DNA from: Macrostomum lignano
Taxonomy: Eukaryota
Length of the DNA stretch: 64,000 nucleotides
NCBI GenBank assembly: GCA_002269645.1
Contig: NIVC01000864.1
Location: forward strand, 250,528-314,527
Reading direction: 5' to 3'
A model generated the notes under the pieces. It searched no databases. It saw only the letters and a list, made by a program, of their open reading frames with translations, and was not told the origin of the DNA. Shown piece after piece: positions 1 through 12,235 of this stretch (position 1 is its first letter; each line of letters begins with the position of its first letter). A program made the position numbers and the translations under genes.

Positions 1-114
1 TATAAATATCCAGAGGAGGGGCACAGAGGAAGGCATTCATGCCTTCAAAAGGAGTAGAGGGTGGAGCGCCCATAGTCCAACCAGTTTAAGTATTCCAGTT
101 TCCAGTACTCAAGT

Positions 115-930
115 AGCTCCCGTTCCTGGTGATGGAAGATTAACTTTTTCACGCTATCACCCACCAGCTCCAAGGTAATGAGCTTCAATCATGCCCATCT
201 ACTATGCGTCAATTTTTTGCCGAACGTTTGGCATTGTTACTTCAAGACTACCCTGAATTTGTTGCATCATACGAGACGACAGTGGAACAAATTGTGGCTG
301 AAACTCGTTCTGATGGTGTGTATGTGCATGATTTAGTTTCAACGTTCATACATCGTGTTCTTAACGTCAATTATAAGATCTATCAGCGAGATGATGTCAA
401 CCGCAAAACGCTTCGCTTGATTCAGACAGGACACACCGCTACTCGGTCATCTGTCACTACTCTTCGTCTCCTTTACGATCGGCACAGTAAGCATTACGAA
501 TCCCTACGTATTTTAGACCAGCAACCAGTCGAGATTTCTGGCATTCTGATGCATCAAGTCAGCGTTCTGGTATTGAAGAGGTTAGGCGCGAGAAATATCA
601 GCCCATGACTGCGGGCTGATGCAGACGTCATGCAGACAATGTGGTGCACTGCTTTGGCGCATGGAGACGCGAAACTTCTGCTGTGCCAAAGGCAAGTTAA
701 ATTGCCTACTCGGACAGTGTCCCCGTTCCTAGCTGATCTTTAAACGGGGCGACATGTGATGAGCTATGAGTTTCTTGCTAACATCAGGAGTTACAACTCT
801 GTGCTACACCTTACATCACTGGGTGCAAAGTTGAGACTGGTGCCGGGATGGAATCCCATCATAACGTGAAGGTAGAATTGTTGCAGCTGCTGCAGACACT
901 GCTTCACGAATGCAATGGATACATACATTT
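115..930 (+). pseudogene. Helitron remnant: OTU deubiquitinase-like domain followed by Rep/helicase N-terminal Cys-rich region
   Basis: VPGDG...FHAITHQLQG...HYESL fits an OTU fold, with a frameshift/stop at the catalytic Cys. From 601: CRQCGALLWRMETRNFCCAKGK, FLANIRSYNSVLHLTSLGA and LQTLLHECNGYIHF, matching Helitron N-terminal motifs; stops and frameshifts present. Confidence 0.75.
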
Positions 931-1379
931 TATGGATACATAAAACCTTTTTCTATGAAAAAAGATGAGGTCCGTGAGATTTAATATCTTAAATCTGTGT
1001 GTCTTAATTGCAATGGTAAGTAACTTACAGACAAGTTCAATCTTAACAAACCAGCTGGAATAAATGAGTTTTTTAACTGTTGGTTAAAGTCCTTCGAAGA
1101 GGGTTGTAAGATGCTAGTTTTCCTACTAACTTTCATCTATCGTTTTTCAACTCTATTATGGCTTTCTAGCCATAGAACTATTGCCGATAAAGCGTATTTT
1201 AAAAGCGTATTTTCTGCCTTCTATGGCTCAAGGACGAGTACAGGCCCGAGAGCAAATTTAGCGGCTTCACTTTGAGCAACTTTGCATACAAAGCCCCAGC
1301 TACGAGCTACAAAATAGCTAGTTGATTTATCAATTAGAAAATCAGTTAACCATCAAAATTTTGTCAGTCAAGAAAAACA

Positions 1380-2525
1380 ATGCGGTTAAAAAAAAGCAAC
1401 TCAAACTTCTTGAAAGTTCTTCTAGCTGCTATCTGCATCCCGCTGAGTGCATCCAGCAAACTGCAGCTCACTGATGCCGGCTACTATCGGAACATGCTGA
1501 TTGTGGTGGAAGTGCCAGCAAATGGTTCGATTCCTGAGCTGCACTATTCTCAACTACTTCAAACTTTGCGGGTAAGCCATAAGGCATATTTTTACCGTAA
1601 ATACATAATACCAGGGGCGTCACCATGGAAAGGGGACCAGAGGGACCCACCACCCTACTTTGTGACCCGTTATGGAAATCAATAGTTTTACTCCAGGGGC
1701 CCCAAAATATAGCGTCTGCCGTCCCAGAATGTGTGCCTGCATGCTTGTGGTGCCAAAACGAGGAATTTAGTCCTGTGGAATTCTACCTGTAGAATTTCCC
1801 CCACCATAAAATCCATGGCGACGCTCCGGAATAACACTAAACTACTTGCTTTACCTCGCCCCAGACTGTCTTCCAAAGTGTCTCGGACATGATTGCGGAA
1901 CTCACTGAGCCAGTCGGACGCCGTTTGAGCTTCAGCGACGTCAGCGTGCTGGTGCCGAATCAGCTGGGTCGCCAACTCGCCAAGATCAGCTCAGAAATGG
2001 TTCAACTGCACCAGGCCACCTGGGAACGACGAGACCATGCCGATTTTCACGTCTCACCGGACTTTTACCCGGCCGACGATGGGCCAGTTTGGGAGAAGCC
2101 TGCCTGCGGAAAGCCAGCCAAGAAGATTATGCTGGCGGCTGAAAGTCTGTTCAACCACACAAGTACTAATGCATAAGCAGTATTTGTATGCGAACCACTC
2201 ACTGTTACGCCCTCTCTATTAAATGCAACCCAATTCCACCACTCAAATATCAAAACTGATGTGTTACCCGAACCGTTCCTCCCATGCAGTTGCCCGAGCT
2301 CTGACACTGCACTTCTCGCAATACCGCTGGGGGCTGTACATCGAAGCCCCTCTAGCCGGCCCGACGTATAAAGTACTGACACCAGAGGGTGAAGCGCGTC
2401 ATCGAGTCTCCTCCTGCAGCCCGGACATTCGGACAAACCTGTTAATAGCCAGCGGACCGGGCAGCGGACTCCCCTGCGACTTCAGCGACACCGCTGTATT
2501 CCGAACCTGTTTAACCTCTGAATAC
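1380..2525 (+). pseudogene. CLCA-like gene copy A, 5' part only (exons 1380-1571, 1865-2162, 2290-~2525)
   Basis: Signal peptide plus KLQLTDAGYY, RRLSFSDVSVLVP, HADFHVS...CGKPAKKI and FSQYRWGLYIE follow the CLCA N-terminal domain. GT/AG sites are phase-compatible. Exon 3 runs directly into the CLCA 3'-flank repeat. Confidence 0.8.
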
Positions 2526-2660
2526 CCAGTGATTTATGATTATTCGTACTGCAATCAAACCAAATTAGTATTCTCAAGCCTGACCCACCATTCATTCAAT
2601 GCATTCAATCCGCTGATAATTAATCTTAATTTCTAAGCCAGCCCAGTCAGTGTACTTAAT
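2525..2660 (+). repeat. CLCA-cluster 3'-flank segment, also at ~41890-42010 (+) and ~59245-59375 (-)
   Basis: The shared string cctgacccaccattcattcaatgcattcaatccgct with flanks is seen at all three sites. Confidence 0.75.
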
Positions 2661-2869
2661 TGCTTTGATATCGCAAATCCAATTGCTGTCAAATTGTTTT
2701 ATTCTCCGATCATAAAGCTCGAATTATTAGCGTGGACGCCATCATTATCTGTTTTTGTACTGGTTTCAGTGTTGGAGCCAAACTGCCCCCCCAATCCCCC
2801 CCAATTCTCGTCAACTCCGATTAGCTGTAAATTTTCGAGCTGCGGTATTGGCATGACTAATGACTAAAT

Positions 2870-3168
2870 ATTTCGTTATGAATTTGTGCATGATGGGCAA
2901 GCGCTCAGATTGATACGAGCGTAAAATTACAAATACACTGTGCAGATATACTGGAAATCAGCTGATCAATTTGTTCCAAAAGCACTACAACAGTTGGCCT
3001 TTTGTTAAAATAATGCCTTCTGTGACCTGAAAGTAAAGTACTTTCAGAGGAAAATTGGTGAGTTACACAGTATTGACTTCCTTGATTTAATGATCTTTAC
3101 ATTATGAATAGCAAATATAGCAATGAGATTCTCCCCCAAATACACAACTATAGCAATGAGATTCTCCC
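2870..3168 (-). repeat. Dispersed module (end of 32-bp satellite plus conserved tail)
   Basis: Reverse complement matches 23100-23350. The core aaattgatcagctgatt...ctgcacag recurs at ~20408, ~23274 and ~58853. Confidence 0.7.
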
Positions 3169-3454
3169 ATCGGTTAGTTCGCACCATCGCTTTTTGTCCT
3201 TAGTGACTAGCTTAGAAGACACACTCGAGGCTAGAATATAGACAAGACCGTTAGACAAACTGCTGGACACGTTAGCAGCGGAAATGGCAATCACTGCTAT
3301 CCACATTTCAGGTACATTGAGAGCCATATACTGGCTGTAGATGTTCACCGAAGATTGGTTGGTGACAGCCATTTCCGGACAGGAGTAATACATGTAGCCG
3401 TTTAAATCGGTGCAGTTGCCTCCTGTTTCCATGTAGTGAAGACTGTAGACAGGC
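3168..3454 (-). pseudogene. CLCA-like copy B, remainder of the last exon (left of the Maverick)
   Basis: PVYSLHYMETGGNCT...CPEMAVTNQSS...IAISAANVSS is paralogous to the last exons of C, D and E; truncated by satellite sequence. Confidence 0.85.
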
Positions 3455-3499
3455 AGTAGTAGGCATTGGGGGGCTTTTGGGACAAAATTTTTCACCTCC

Positions 3500-3860
3500 T
3501 CCATAATCTCATTAAATCCATCCATAATATCCCCAACAGAATCAGAAAAAAAGGGGGTCCTACTTGCTCCGAAAACGTCATCCATAATCCACCTAAATCC
3601 ATCCATATTATCCCTGAAGAAAAAAAGGGGGGTCGCACTCGCTCACAAAACGTCCTCCATAATCCACCTAAATCCATCCATATTATCCCTGAAGAAAAAA
3701 ATTGGGTCGCACTTACTCCGAAAACGTCATCCATAATCCTTCTAAATCCATCCATATTATCCCCGACAGAATCAGTGCATAACAGGTGTCCTACTCGCTT
3801 AAAAAACGTCCTCCGTAGTCCACCCAAACCCATACATAATCCACTAACATCCACCCGGAA
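3500..3860. repeat. ~75-80 bp tandem repeat, ~4.5 units, inside the left TIR
   Basis: Recurring ccataatccacctaaatccatccatattatccc...aaaacgtc unit. Confidence 0.85.
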
Positions 3861-3995
3861 ACAATCAGAAAATAATCTGCATTCTTCTCCCCACGGGGCC
3901 CACATTCAATTTGCAATTCGCAACGCATCCCAAAGACTTTAAATTATCAGCGCAGGGTCCTTACCCATTGAAAAAAATCTAAATTCTCAATAAAA

Positions 3996-4238
3996 ATGTT
4001 TCCAGTTGTCTCTCCGGGTTCTTATTATACTCAGCCCCATCCATTGTACAAATCCAAGTACCGATGCAAACTTGAATGCAGCGAGTACATGAGAAAATAT
4101 TGGCCTGGTGTTGATTTCAATGTCCCGAATACTAATCTAGCACTTAAATCTCACTGGTTTTATAAGTACATGTATGGAGTAGTCATTAACGATTACGACA
4201 GCTACTATAACTTTGCTGAAATCATTAGACAGTTGTAG
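3996..4238 (+). CDS. 80-aa Tyr-rich ORF inside the TIR, unknown function
   Basis: Open and non-repetitive; has the same AAAAATG start context as the other element genes. Its last ~15 codons are preserved in the right TIR. Confidence 0.5.
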   Translation: MFPVVSPGSYYTQPHPLYKSKYRCKLECSEYMRKYWPGVDFNVPNTNLALKSHWFYKYMYGVVINDYDSYYNFAEIIRQL

Positions 4239-4282
4239 TTTTTTTTTAGTTTAGTTTAGTTTTTTTTCTCAATGATCAACGT

Positions 4283-4712
4283 CAAAATCATGTGCAACAT
4301 AAAGTGACTCTTATTGGTTACATTAATTTGACGAACGTTCGTAAAAATCATGTGCAGCATAAAACGGCTCGTACTGGTTACATTTGTAAGCGATAGTAGC
4401 TTACTGATAGTAAAGCTATTTGAACATGGCGCGAATTCCTCACATGGTGGACTAGAAAATGTCGCCATGTGCAAGGGCGCATAAATAGCAGTTCCACTCA
4501 GCTGGCTAGAAGTGGAGCCGACCTCGCGTGGCTATGACTGACTGACGAGGGCAAAAAAGCCCAAAATCGGTCTCAGTCTGCCCCGCATGGTTCGATTCCC
4601 ACTGATAACATTAATTTGACGAACTTTCGTAAAAATCATGTGCAGCATAAAGCGGCTCTCAGTGGTTACATGATTTTTACGAACGTTCGTGAAAATCATG
4701 TGCAGCATAGAG
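4283..4712. repeat. Subterminal ~60-bp repeats with palindromic core
   Basis: The cattaatttgACGAACGTTCGTaaaaatcatgtgcagcata unit recurs. 4668-4701 is a near-perfect 34-bp palindrome. Confidence 0.75.
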
Positions 4713-4890
4713 AAAAAAGCTTGCCCAGCTCAAAGATTCCTTAACTAGCTCAAAGTATCCCTCGCCTAGCTTCACAAACGCCCATTTAGTTCCTTGTTTA
4801 AACCCCCAGCCTTCTCAACCCCCAGCTCTTTCAGCAGTCAGCCTAGTTCTTTACTTGGCGCGTGCAATACAAAGCCCACCCCGCCCTCGG

Positions 4891-5930
4891 CAACAACAAA
4901 CAACAACAAAATACGCGGCCCCGCATGCAAAGTCAGTTAGAGCAGGGCGCGTCAGATGGCGCGCCGCAGAGCCTGGGAGCGAACGAAATCCGCTCCGTTG
5001 GCAGTGTCGGGCGCCCCCAGCGTCGCACAGCAGGCAGTCCACGTATCGACGGGTTCGGGCCTGACCCCGCCTGAACGGGCCCTGCAAGGAGAGCAGCAGG
5101 ACGTCCTGAACAGGTTGGGGGCAGTAGCCCTCGGCCCGGATCACGTGGCCCGCCAGTTGGAGTCGCCGTCGGCGCAGGATGGTGGACGGGCGCTGCAGCT
5201 TGGCTCGATCGTACAGGGCCTCGGTCCCGACGCTATCGTCAGCTCGAAAGGCCGCACGGAGCAGCCCTGAGTGCGCCGAGTCCAGCTGCCACTCCAGCGT
5301 AGCCGTCAGCGTCCACATCTCGGCGTTGTAGAGCAGGACGGTTTCGACCACCGCCTGCCACAGCCGAGCCCTCTGGCGGTCGGGCAGCGCTTCGGACTGG
5401 AGGACGGCTCGGATCGAACGAAACGCCGCACAGGCAAGTCCTCTGCGCCGCCGGAGGTCTTCTTCCACGTGGGGCACCAGACCGCCGAGGTAGGTGAACC
5501 GCTGGCAGCGTGCGAGCCTGGTCGTCTGCCCGTCTGCGCCGCGGCATGTCAGGTCTGCTGGGATGTCGGCCGGCACAGTCAGCACCTCGGTCTTTAGCGT
5601 GTTGACAACCAGACCGACGCTCGATGCTACCTCCACCAACCTGTCGATCTGGCGCTGGGCGCCTCCAACAGACGAGGACAGGAGGGCGAGGTCGTCGGCG
5701 TAGCCAAGCACGCTTAGGCGCTTTTCGCCGTGGCGGCGACCGATGCGTCTGCGCAGCAGGAAGCCGTCATTAGCCGAGGGGAGTGCGGTCCGAAGCACCC
5801 AGTCCAGGAGCAGCACGAAGAGGAACGGCGCCAAAGTGTCTCCCTGCAGAACTCCTGATGAAGTGTCGGACAGGTCAGACAGGCCGTCCGCCGTCACCAC
5901 AGCAGCTCGAGTATCGCAGCCCTCGGCGCA
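4891..5930 (-). mobile_element. 5'-truncated RTE-clade non-LTR retrotransposon inserted in the Maverick
   Basis: GVLQGDTLAPFLF, LGYADDLALL, FTYLG and LLYNAEMWTLT motifs; (TTG)n-type 3' tail at 4891-4910. Confidence 0.9.
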
Positions 5931-6277
5931 AACCCCCAACCCCAACTTTGTCTTACCAAAAACAACGCCTTGATTTCCTAGCAATCGACTCACGAAATCC
6001 ACTGGAAGTCCCTATATTGTCTAGTCTCCTAAGCATTTCTTTGTCCCACCGATTCTTCTCCTCAGGAAAATCTCTATATTTAACGTCATGCCACATGCAG
6101 ACAGAGTCTAGCTTGTTCACAGGCTCATGTCCGGGATTTGGGTTGTTGTTTTTATCCAATTGTATTTCAAGTGGATTCAAAGGCCCACAATATTTGTACC
6201 CGGGAACTGTCCAGCCTTTGTTTGGATGAGGAAGCTTTTCTATCAGTCCATGTGAATCTATTTTACCACCAGAGCAT
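5931..6277 (-). pseudogene. Parvovirus-VP1u-like phospholipase A2 (PLA2-like) gene of the Maverick
   Basis: PGYKYCGPLNPL...EPVNKLDSVCMWHDVKY (Ca-loop and HD motif) and C-terminal KTKLGLG; frameshifts near the start and end. Confidence 0.8.
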
Positions 6278-6321
6278 TATTTTAAATTAAAATTATATTT
6301 AAAATTTTCTTTTTTTTTAAA

Positions 6322-7359
6322 ATGACAGATCAGAAACTAAAAAAACGCAACTACAGCGACAAAGGATTCTTTGTAGGAAAAAATGCAGACACCAAACTCG
6401 CAGAACTAAGTAAGGAACCAAAAGCTAAAGTAGAGAAGTGGCTCTCTAAGCAAGCAGTCTACCAAGTCTATTTCCCACCTGTTCAATTTACAAGACCTCA
6501 CTTTAACATCTATAAACCCAATGAGGCACACCAAGCAGACTTATTGTTTCTCCCCAATGACTCGGGTTACAAGTATGCTCTCACAGTTATAGACATTGCC
6601 TCCCGCTATAAGGAAGCGAGACCACTGAAAACAAAGAAGTCAGAAGCAGTTGCAGCCGCACTCCAAGATATTTATAAAAACTCACCCCTTAGTTACCCCC
6701 AAATCTTTATGACCGGCCCGGGTAAAGAATTCATGGGTGCAGTGAAATCACTTCTACATAAGTATGACGCAACAGTTCGCTACGGAAGAACTGAGCTACA
6801 CAGAGACCAGGCTTTTGTGGAAAGATTCAATTTAACTCTAGCCAAGAGGCTATTCACAAAGCAGACAGCTGAAGAGCTGAAACTAAAAAGTGGCCAGTAC
6901 TATACAAAATAGACAGAAAGACTCCTCACTGTTATAGAGCAACTTAACAATGAAGTCACACGCATGACTGGATTGAAACCGTCCCATGCAATTAAACAAG
7001 ACACTGTCGAACTTAAGGCATCTCACAGAACAGACAACAACACGACAACCCCACACAACACGCACAACACAAAACACACCTCAAACTACCCTAAGCTTCC
7101 AGGAGTTGAATCACCATACATACTGACAAGCTCTGAGTTTCTACGCTTTTTATATCTACCTGGAGAGCTAGAGAAGGACACTAAAAGAAGAGCTACAGAT
7201 CCATACTTCAGCCTCGATGTACATAAAATAGACAGACATTTTACCTCCAACTCTGGAGACTACTACTTTTTATCTCAGGCGTTTAACCCTAAATCCCCCA
7301 CACGGTCATTCAATAGAGCTGAACTCCTAGTGATACCAGCCGACACAGAAATTAATTAA
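6322..7359 (+). pseudogene. int: Retroviral-type DDE integrase of the Maverick
   Basis: HQADLLFL, FMTGPGKEF, QAFVERFN and RRATDP motifs. In-frame TAG at 6910-6912 where Trp is expected. The second catalytic Asp appears as Gly. Confidence 0.92.
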
Positions 7360-7375
7360 AATATTAAAATAAAAA

Positions 7376-7816
7376 ATGACAAAGATTGGAACCAGAACCA
7401 TCAATAAACTCAATAAAATCATTGAATCAAAGAAACCAGGTCTTATATCAATTAAAGGAGTCAAAGTTAAGGTTGATCCCACGAAGCAAATAGTTCAATG
7501 TAATGAGCAAAGACACAGCATCACAGATGAAAAGTCAGGAGGAATCCTACCATTAGCAGCTCTTATCCCAATCATTGCAGGCGCTGTAAGTGCCGCAGGT
7601 GGTGTAGCTGGAGCTGTAGCAACTGCCGTTAAAGCTGGTAATGATAGAGCCCACCAGCTAGAATTGCAAAAGATCGCAAGAGACAAAGGTATAACAATTA
7701 AGGCAGGAGATGGCTACCCCGATTTTGATGATCGTGATGATTCTGTAAGCAAGTCTGACATTGTCAAAGCCATCATGACACTGCACAATGCTGGGTTTAC
7801 AATAATGCGCATGTGA
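7376..7816 (+). CDS. Adenovirus pX/mu-like small hydrophobic core or membrane-active protein
   Basis: GGILPLAALIPIIAGAVSAAGG resembles the adenoviral pX motif GGFLPALIPIIAAAIGA (recalled, not searched). The ORF is intact. Confidence 0.6.
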   Translation: MTKIGTRTINKLNKIIESKKPGLISIKGVKVKVDPTKQIVQCNEQRHSITDEKSGGILPLAALIPIIAGAVSAAGGVAGAVATAVKAGNDRAHQLELQKIARDKGITIKAGDGYPDFDDRDDSVSKSDIVKAIMTLHNAGFTIMRM

Positions 7817-7939
7817 TGAGGTTTAAAACCCCACTTTATCCAGCTTCATAAACCTAACGTTACTGATGGGATGTAGAAACAGTTCAACTTTTCTATCAGG
7901 GTGGTCACCCTCAAAATGTTTTTTTATTTTAGAGACAAA

Positions 7940-10900
7940 ATGCCAAAAGCCAATCCAGCAAAAGATTTAGTCAACAAATATTTTTCAAAAGGCGTCTCAT
8001 TTCAAGACAAAAGTAATTTACTAAGAGAAGCATGCAAGCAAAAGTTTAACACCGACCCTGGTCACCTGGGAAGCTATCAAAAACAGTTGGAAATCATCAA
8101 TCAATTAGAATCCAACCAGTATGCGCCTATGAAAAATCCTGCAAAGGAACACCAAGAGAAGAGTCGCAACTTAGTTAATAAATACGAAACTCTCACTGGT
8201 GAAAAAGCAAAGTACCCACAAAATAAGCAGGAACAAAAGAAATTAGAGCAATTAATCCATTTAAAGGAGTCGGAGCTTGCCATTGAAGAGATTAATTTTG
8301 CACAGAGGAAGTTTACAGAACATTACATAGAGTACACAATCCCAATTAAGGATACCACCGCAAACATCTACGAATATAAAGACAGCATCCAATCAGTTGT
8401 TGATCACACACTCAAAACACGCAAGACCTTTAAACTACAGATATCATTCAAGATTGGTTTTATATGCCTGCAAAACCCACTGAGCATCTCGAGTATTACA
8501 TGACAACAAAGGCAAAGCCATTCACCCCTACAGACACACTGGATCCTTTCCTTCAAGAAGTCACTAAGAAAATTGAAGCGTTTACATCCAGAGGTTCCGG
8601 ATGGGTCGTAGGAGGGATTCAAAGAGCGACTGTCATGGTCATGAAATATGACCCACTAAAAGCCTCCTCTTATATAGAGCTCCCGCAAAAGCTATCTGGC
8701 AAAAAAGCTTGCATAAATGTTAAAAATAAAGACAATTGCTGTGCCCTATGGGCAGTTCTTTCTGCACTTTTTCATGATAGTGTCCCTCACCACCCCGAAA
8801 GAACCTCAAATTATCAAAATTATTTCAACTACTATCTCATCGAATGCGAAAAGAAGGGAATCAGGTTTGACAAAGGAGGCTTGGCGATCTCTCAAATTCC
8901 AAAGCTAGAAGAAGTGTTTAATAACAAAATTCGAATCACAGTCTTTGAATGGAATGAAAAAACTGAGAAAGTTCAACCGGTCAGATGTAGCAAAGACGTT
9001 TTAGATCCTGAGGGGAAAAGGCGGACTGAAGTGGATCTTCTAGTGATTGGTAATTTACTAGAGGAGGCTCACTATGTTTGGATTAAAGATCTTTCAAGAC
9101 TCATTCACAAGCAGTTGAATAATCATCACGAGGCTGTTGCCATCTGCCGCTTGTGCCTTAAGCATTACAGTGGACCTGAACGCTTTGAAAAACTAACAGA
9201 GCATGAATTATCATGTGAGGATCACCCCACCAACTGCTCTCTTCCTTCAGCTGAAGAGAAGTATCTCCGGTTTAAGAACTATCACAAGATGGAGAAGCTC
9301 CCATTTGTTGTATATGCTGATTTCGAATGCTCAATCATGCCAGAGACTCAAAAACAAACTCAAACTCAAAAACAAAATCAAGCTCAAAAACAAAATCAAA
9401 CTAAAAAACATGTCCCCAATTCAGTAGCATATGCCTTTATTACCGTTACAAAAGGACTTGTTGAGTATAATTATTTCTTTGGAGAGCAGTGTGTGGAGCA
9501 GTTTATTGCCAGAATGTTAGAGTTGCAAAGAGTGATTAGCACCCTTCAACCTGTTCCAATAACTATGTCTGAGGAGGATGAAAGCAATTTCCTATCAGCA
9601 ACTCATTGCCACATCTGCAGGAAACAGTTAACTTGCTCTGATATTAAAAACCCCACCGTTAGGGACCATTGCCACTATACTGGGAAATTTAGAGGTGCAG
9701 CGCATAACACCTGTAATCTAAAGCTAAAATCAAACATTTATGATCTAACGATATTTTGTCACAACGCAAAGAACTATGACATGCATTTAATAGTTGAAAA
9801 AATCGGCATGATTCCAGACATACACCTTGATTGCATCGCAGAGAACAAAGAGAAGTTTAAGTGTGTTGATATTAAGTAGGATAATTCAGGTAAAGGTAAA
9901 ATAAGACTGAAGGATTCATATCAATTTCTAGCTGCCAGTCTAGACGCACTAAGTAAGAATATAAAAGATGAACAATGTACATATACAAAGATATTTACAG
10001 GTGATAACCAAGAAGCATTTAAACTCCTGAGAACCAAAGGCTTCTACCCCTATGAGAATATTACTGGTTATCATGTTTTTGAAGAGGGACTGCCGCCACA
10101 GGAGAAGTTCTTTTCAAAGCTAACAAACTCTGGAATCTCTGACAAAGACTATGAGCACGCGAAGCATGTCTATAATTACTTTAATTGTCAAAACTTCTTC
10201 CAATATCACCTGCTTTACCTCTACACAGATGTGTTTCTGCTGGCTGATGTGTTTGAAACCTTCAGATACACCTGGTACACAGCATATGGCCTCGATCCAG
10301 CACATTATGTGTCTCTGCCCGCCACTAGCTGGGAATCTTTGCTTAAAATGAAATGGGATCAAGACCCAGATTGGTACATTGAACTTCTTACAGACATTGA
10401 TATGTACAATTTTGTCGAATCGTCAAAGCGAGGGGGGATCTCAATTTGCACCCATAGATATGCAAAAGCAAACAATCCCTACATTGAATCTTACAATAAG
10501 GAGCAGCCCTCAAACTACATTACTTACTTGGACGCTAATAATCTCTACGGGTGGGCGATGAGTCAAGATCTTCCAGTTAGAGATTTTCGATGGCTACCCT
10601 TATCAGAACTAAAGTGGGACTTTTCATTGGCTGCCATTTATGAGGTTGATGTTTACATTCCACCAGAGCTTCACGACTATTTCTCTGACTTTCCACCCTT
10701 CCCAGAGAACATCAAGTGCCCGAAAATAATCGAAACTCCCAATGGAACTTGGCACCTGTCAGGAACAGAAAAAGAACATACAGAGAAACTAACACAGAAT
10801 CTAAACAACAAGACACGTTACAAAATTCATTACAAACTGCTTCAGTATTTTATCTCACTTGGTTGCAGGGTCACCAAAGTTCACAGGGCTCTTACATTTA

Positions 10901-11755
10901 CAGAGGAAGCGTGGATGAAACCCTACATTGATAAGAACAACCAGTTTAGGACCAAAGCAACCAACGACTTTGACAAGGACCTCTTTAAGTTGGCCAACAA
11001 CTCTGTCTATGGCAAGACTCTTGAGAATGAGCGGAAAAGAACAAACCTGAAGCTTGTTACCTCATTCAAAGAACTCCATATCTTTAATAGCTACTTAGGT
11101 GTGATCATATTTTACAAAACCAAAGTGACGCTGCGCAAGCCGATCTATACAGGTGTCACTGTTCTCGACGAATCAAAACGTCTGATGTACCAGTTCTTCT
11201 ATGGCATGAAGCAGCAGTACAAGGATAAAATGAAACTCTTGTACACTGACACGGATAGTTTTATTATGGACATTCAAACAGAAGACATTTATCAGGACAT
11301 GCTGCAGCAAAAAGATTTGTTTGACTTGTCTGAGTATGATGAATCTTGCAGGACACAGAATGGCGATCAAGTGTTTGACGCCACTAACAAGAAAGTGATT
11401 GGGAAAAATGAAGGACGAGATTGCTGGTGACATAATCACTGAATTCATTGGTTTGAGAGCAGAATCCTTTTTTGTAAAATGTGAGTCGTCAGACCCAATT
11501 AAAAAATCAAAGGGAATTCCGAAACACGTGGTTAGGAAGGAACTTAATGAAGCTGAATACAGAGACGCCTTGAATTGCAACAAAAAGACATCACATGAGT
11601 TCTCAAAGCTACAATCTAAAAACCATATTATTCACACAATTCAGCATAAGAAGATTGGACTGCCAGGTGCAGATAACAAGAGATTCATTTTTGATGACAA
11701 CATTAACAGTCTACCGTTCGGGCACTGGAGATTAGGTTCGGGCACTGGAGTTTAG
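7940..11755 (+). pseudogene. polB: Protein-primed family B DNA polymerase with endonuclease VII-type insert
   Basis: YADFE, FCHNAKNYD, YLDANNLYGWAM, KLANNSVYGK and YTDTDS motifs; RDHCHYTGKFRGAAHNTCNL insert. Frameshift at ~8465, stop at 9877-9879, frameshift in an A-run at ~11405. Confidence 0.95.
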
Positions 11756-11794
11756 ATTTAGGTTTAAGAGAAAGTTTAATAAACCTCATAAAAA

Positions 11795-12195
11795 ATGACA
11801 ACAAATAACTTTCTTGAAGATTTGGCTATCGAACTGGAAATCCCAAACTTTAGAGGAATATTTATGAGGGACACTCTGCCTGATTTTCCTCTAAGAAAAG
11901 AATGCGGCATCATGAACTTTGACACCACCGATAAGCCAGCATCTCATTGGGTTTGCTGGGTGATTGACCCCGATCGCAAGCACAAGTGTTATTATTTCGA
12001 TAGCTATGGGACGGCAGTACCAGAAGAGCTAAGAAATTATATGAAGGGAAAAAGTAATAAAAAAATTACCACTCAGACTTTATTCTCCAAGGTCTTAGCA
12101 GTGATATTTGCGGTGAGCTGTGCATGACTGTTCTGTATGCAATGACCAAAACACGAAAGACCTACAAGGAAATTATCCGTACCTGTGTTTCATAA
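11795..12195 (+). pseudogene. Adenain-like cysteine protease
   Basis: SHWVC, YFDSYG and, after a frameshift at ~12070, LQGLSSDICGELC (His/Asp/Gln/Cys). Confidence 0.88.
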
Positions 12196-12235
12196 GGGTT
12201 CATTGTGCTTTTCTTGCCGCATTTCTTGCCGAATT

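Larger units (their letters stand above)
3455..4282 (+). repeat. Left terminal inverted repeat of the Maverick (~830 bp)
   Basis: 3455-3492 and 4193-4282 are reverse complements of 17828-17865 and 17749-17829. Confidence 0.85.

Noticed and set aside
1688-1975. Minus-strand ORF as a Gypsy integrase tail
   Set aside because: It is largely the antisense shadow of CLCA-A exon 2 (from 1865) and its intron.
3148-3942. ORFs spanning the left Maverick end
   Set aside because: They are fusions of TIR tandem repeats with the interrupted CLCA exon.
4851-6002. A single 383-aa RT protein
   Set aside because: Chimeric: the N-terminal ~25 aa belong to the Maverick PLA2-like gene, and the rest is a truncated RTE.
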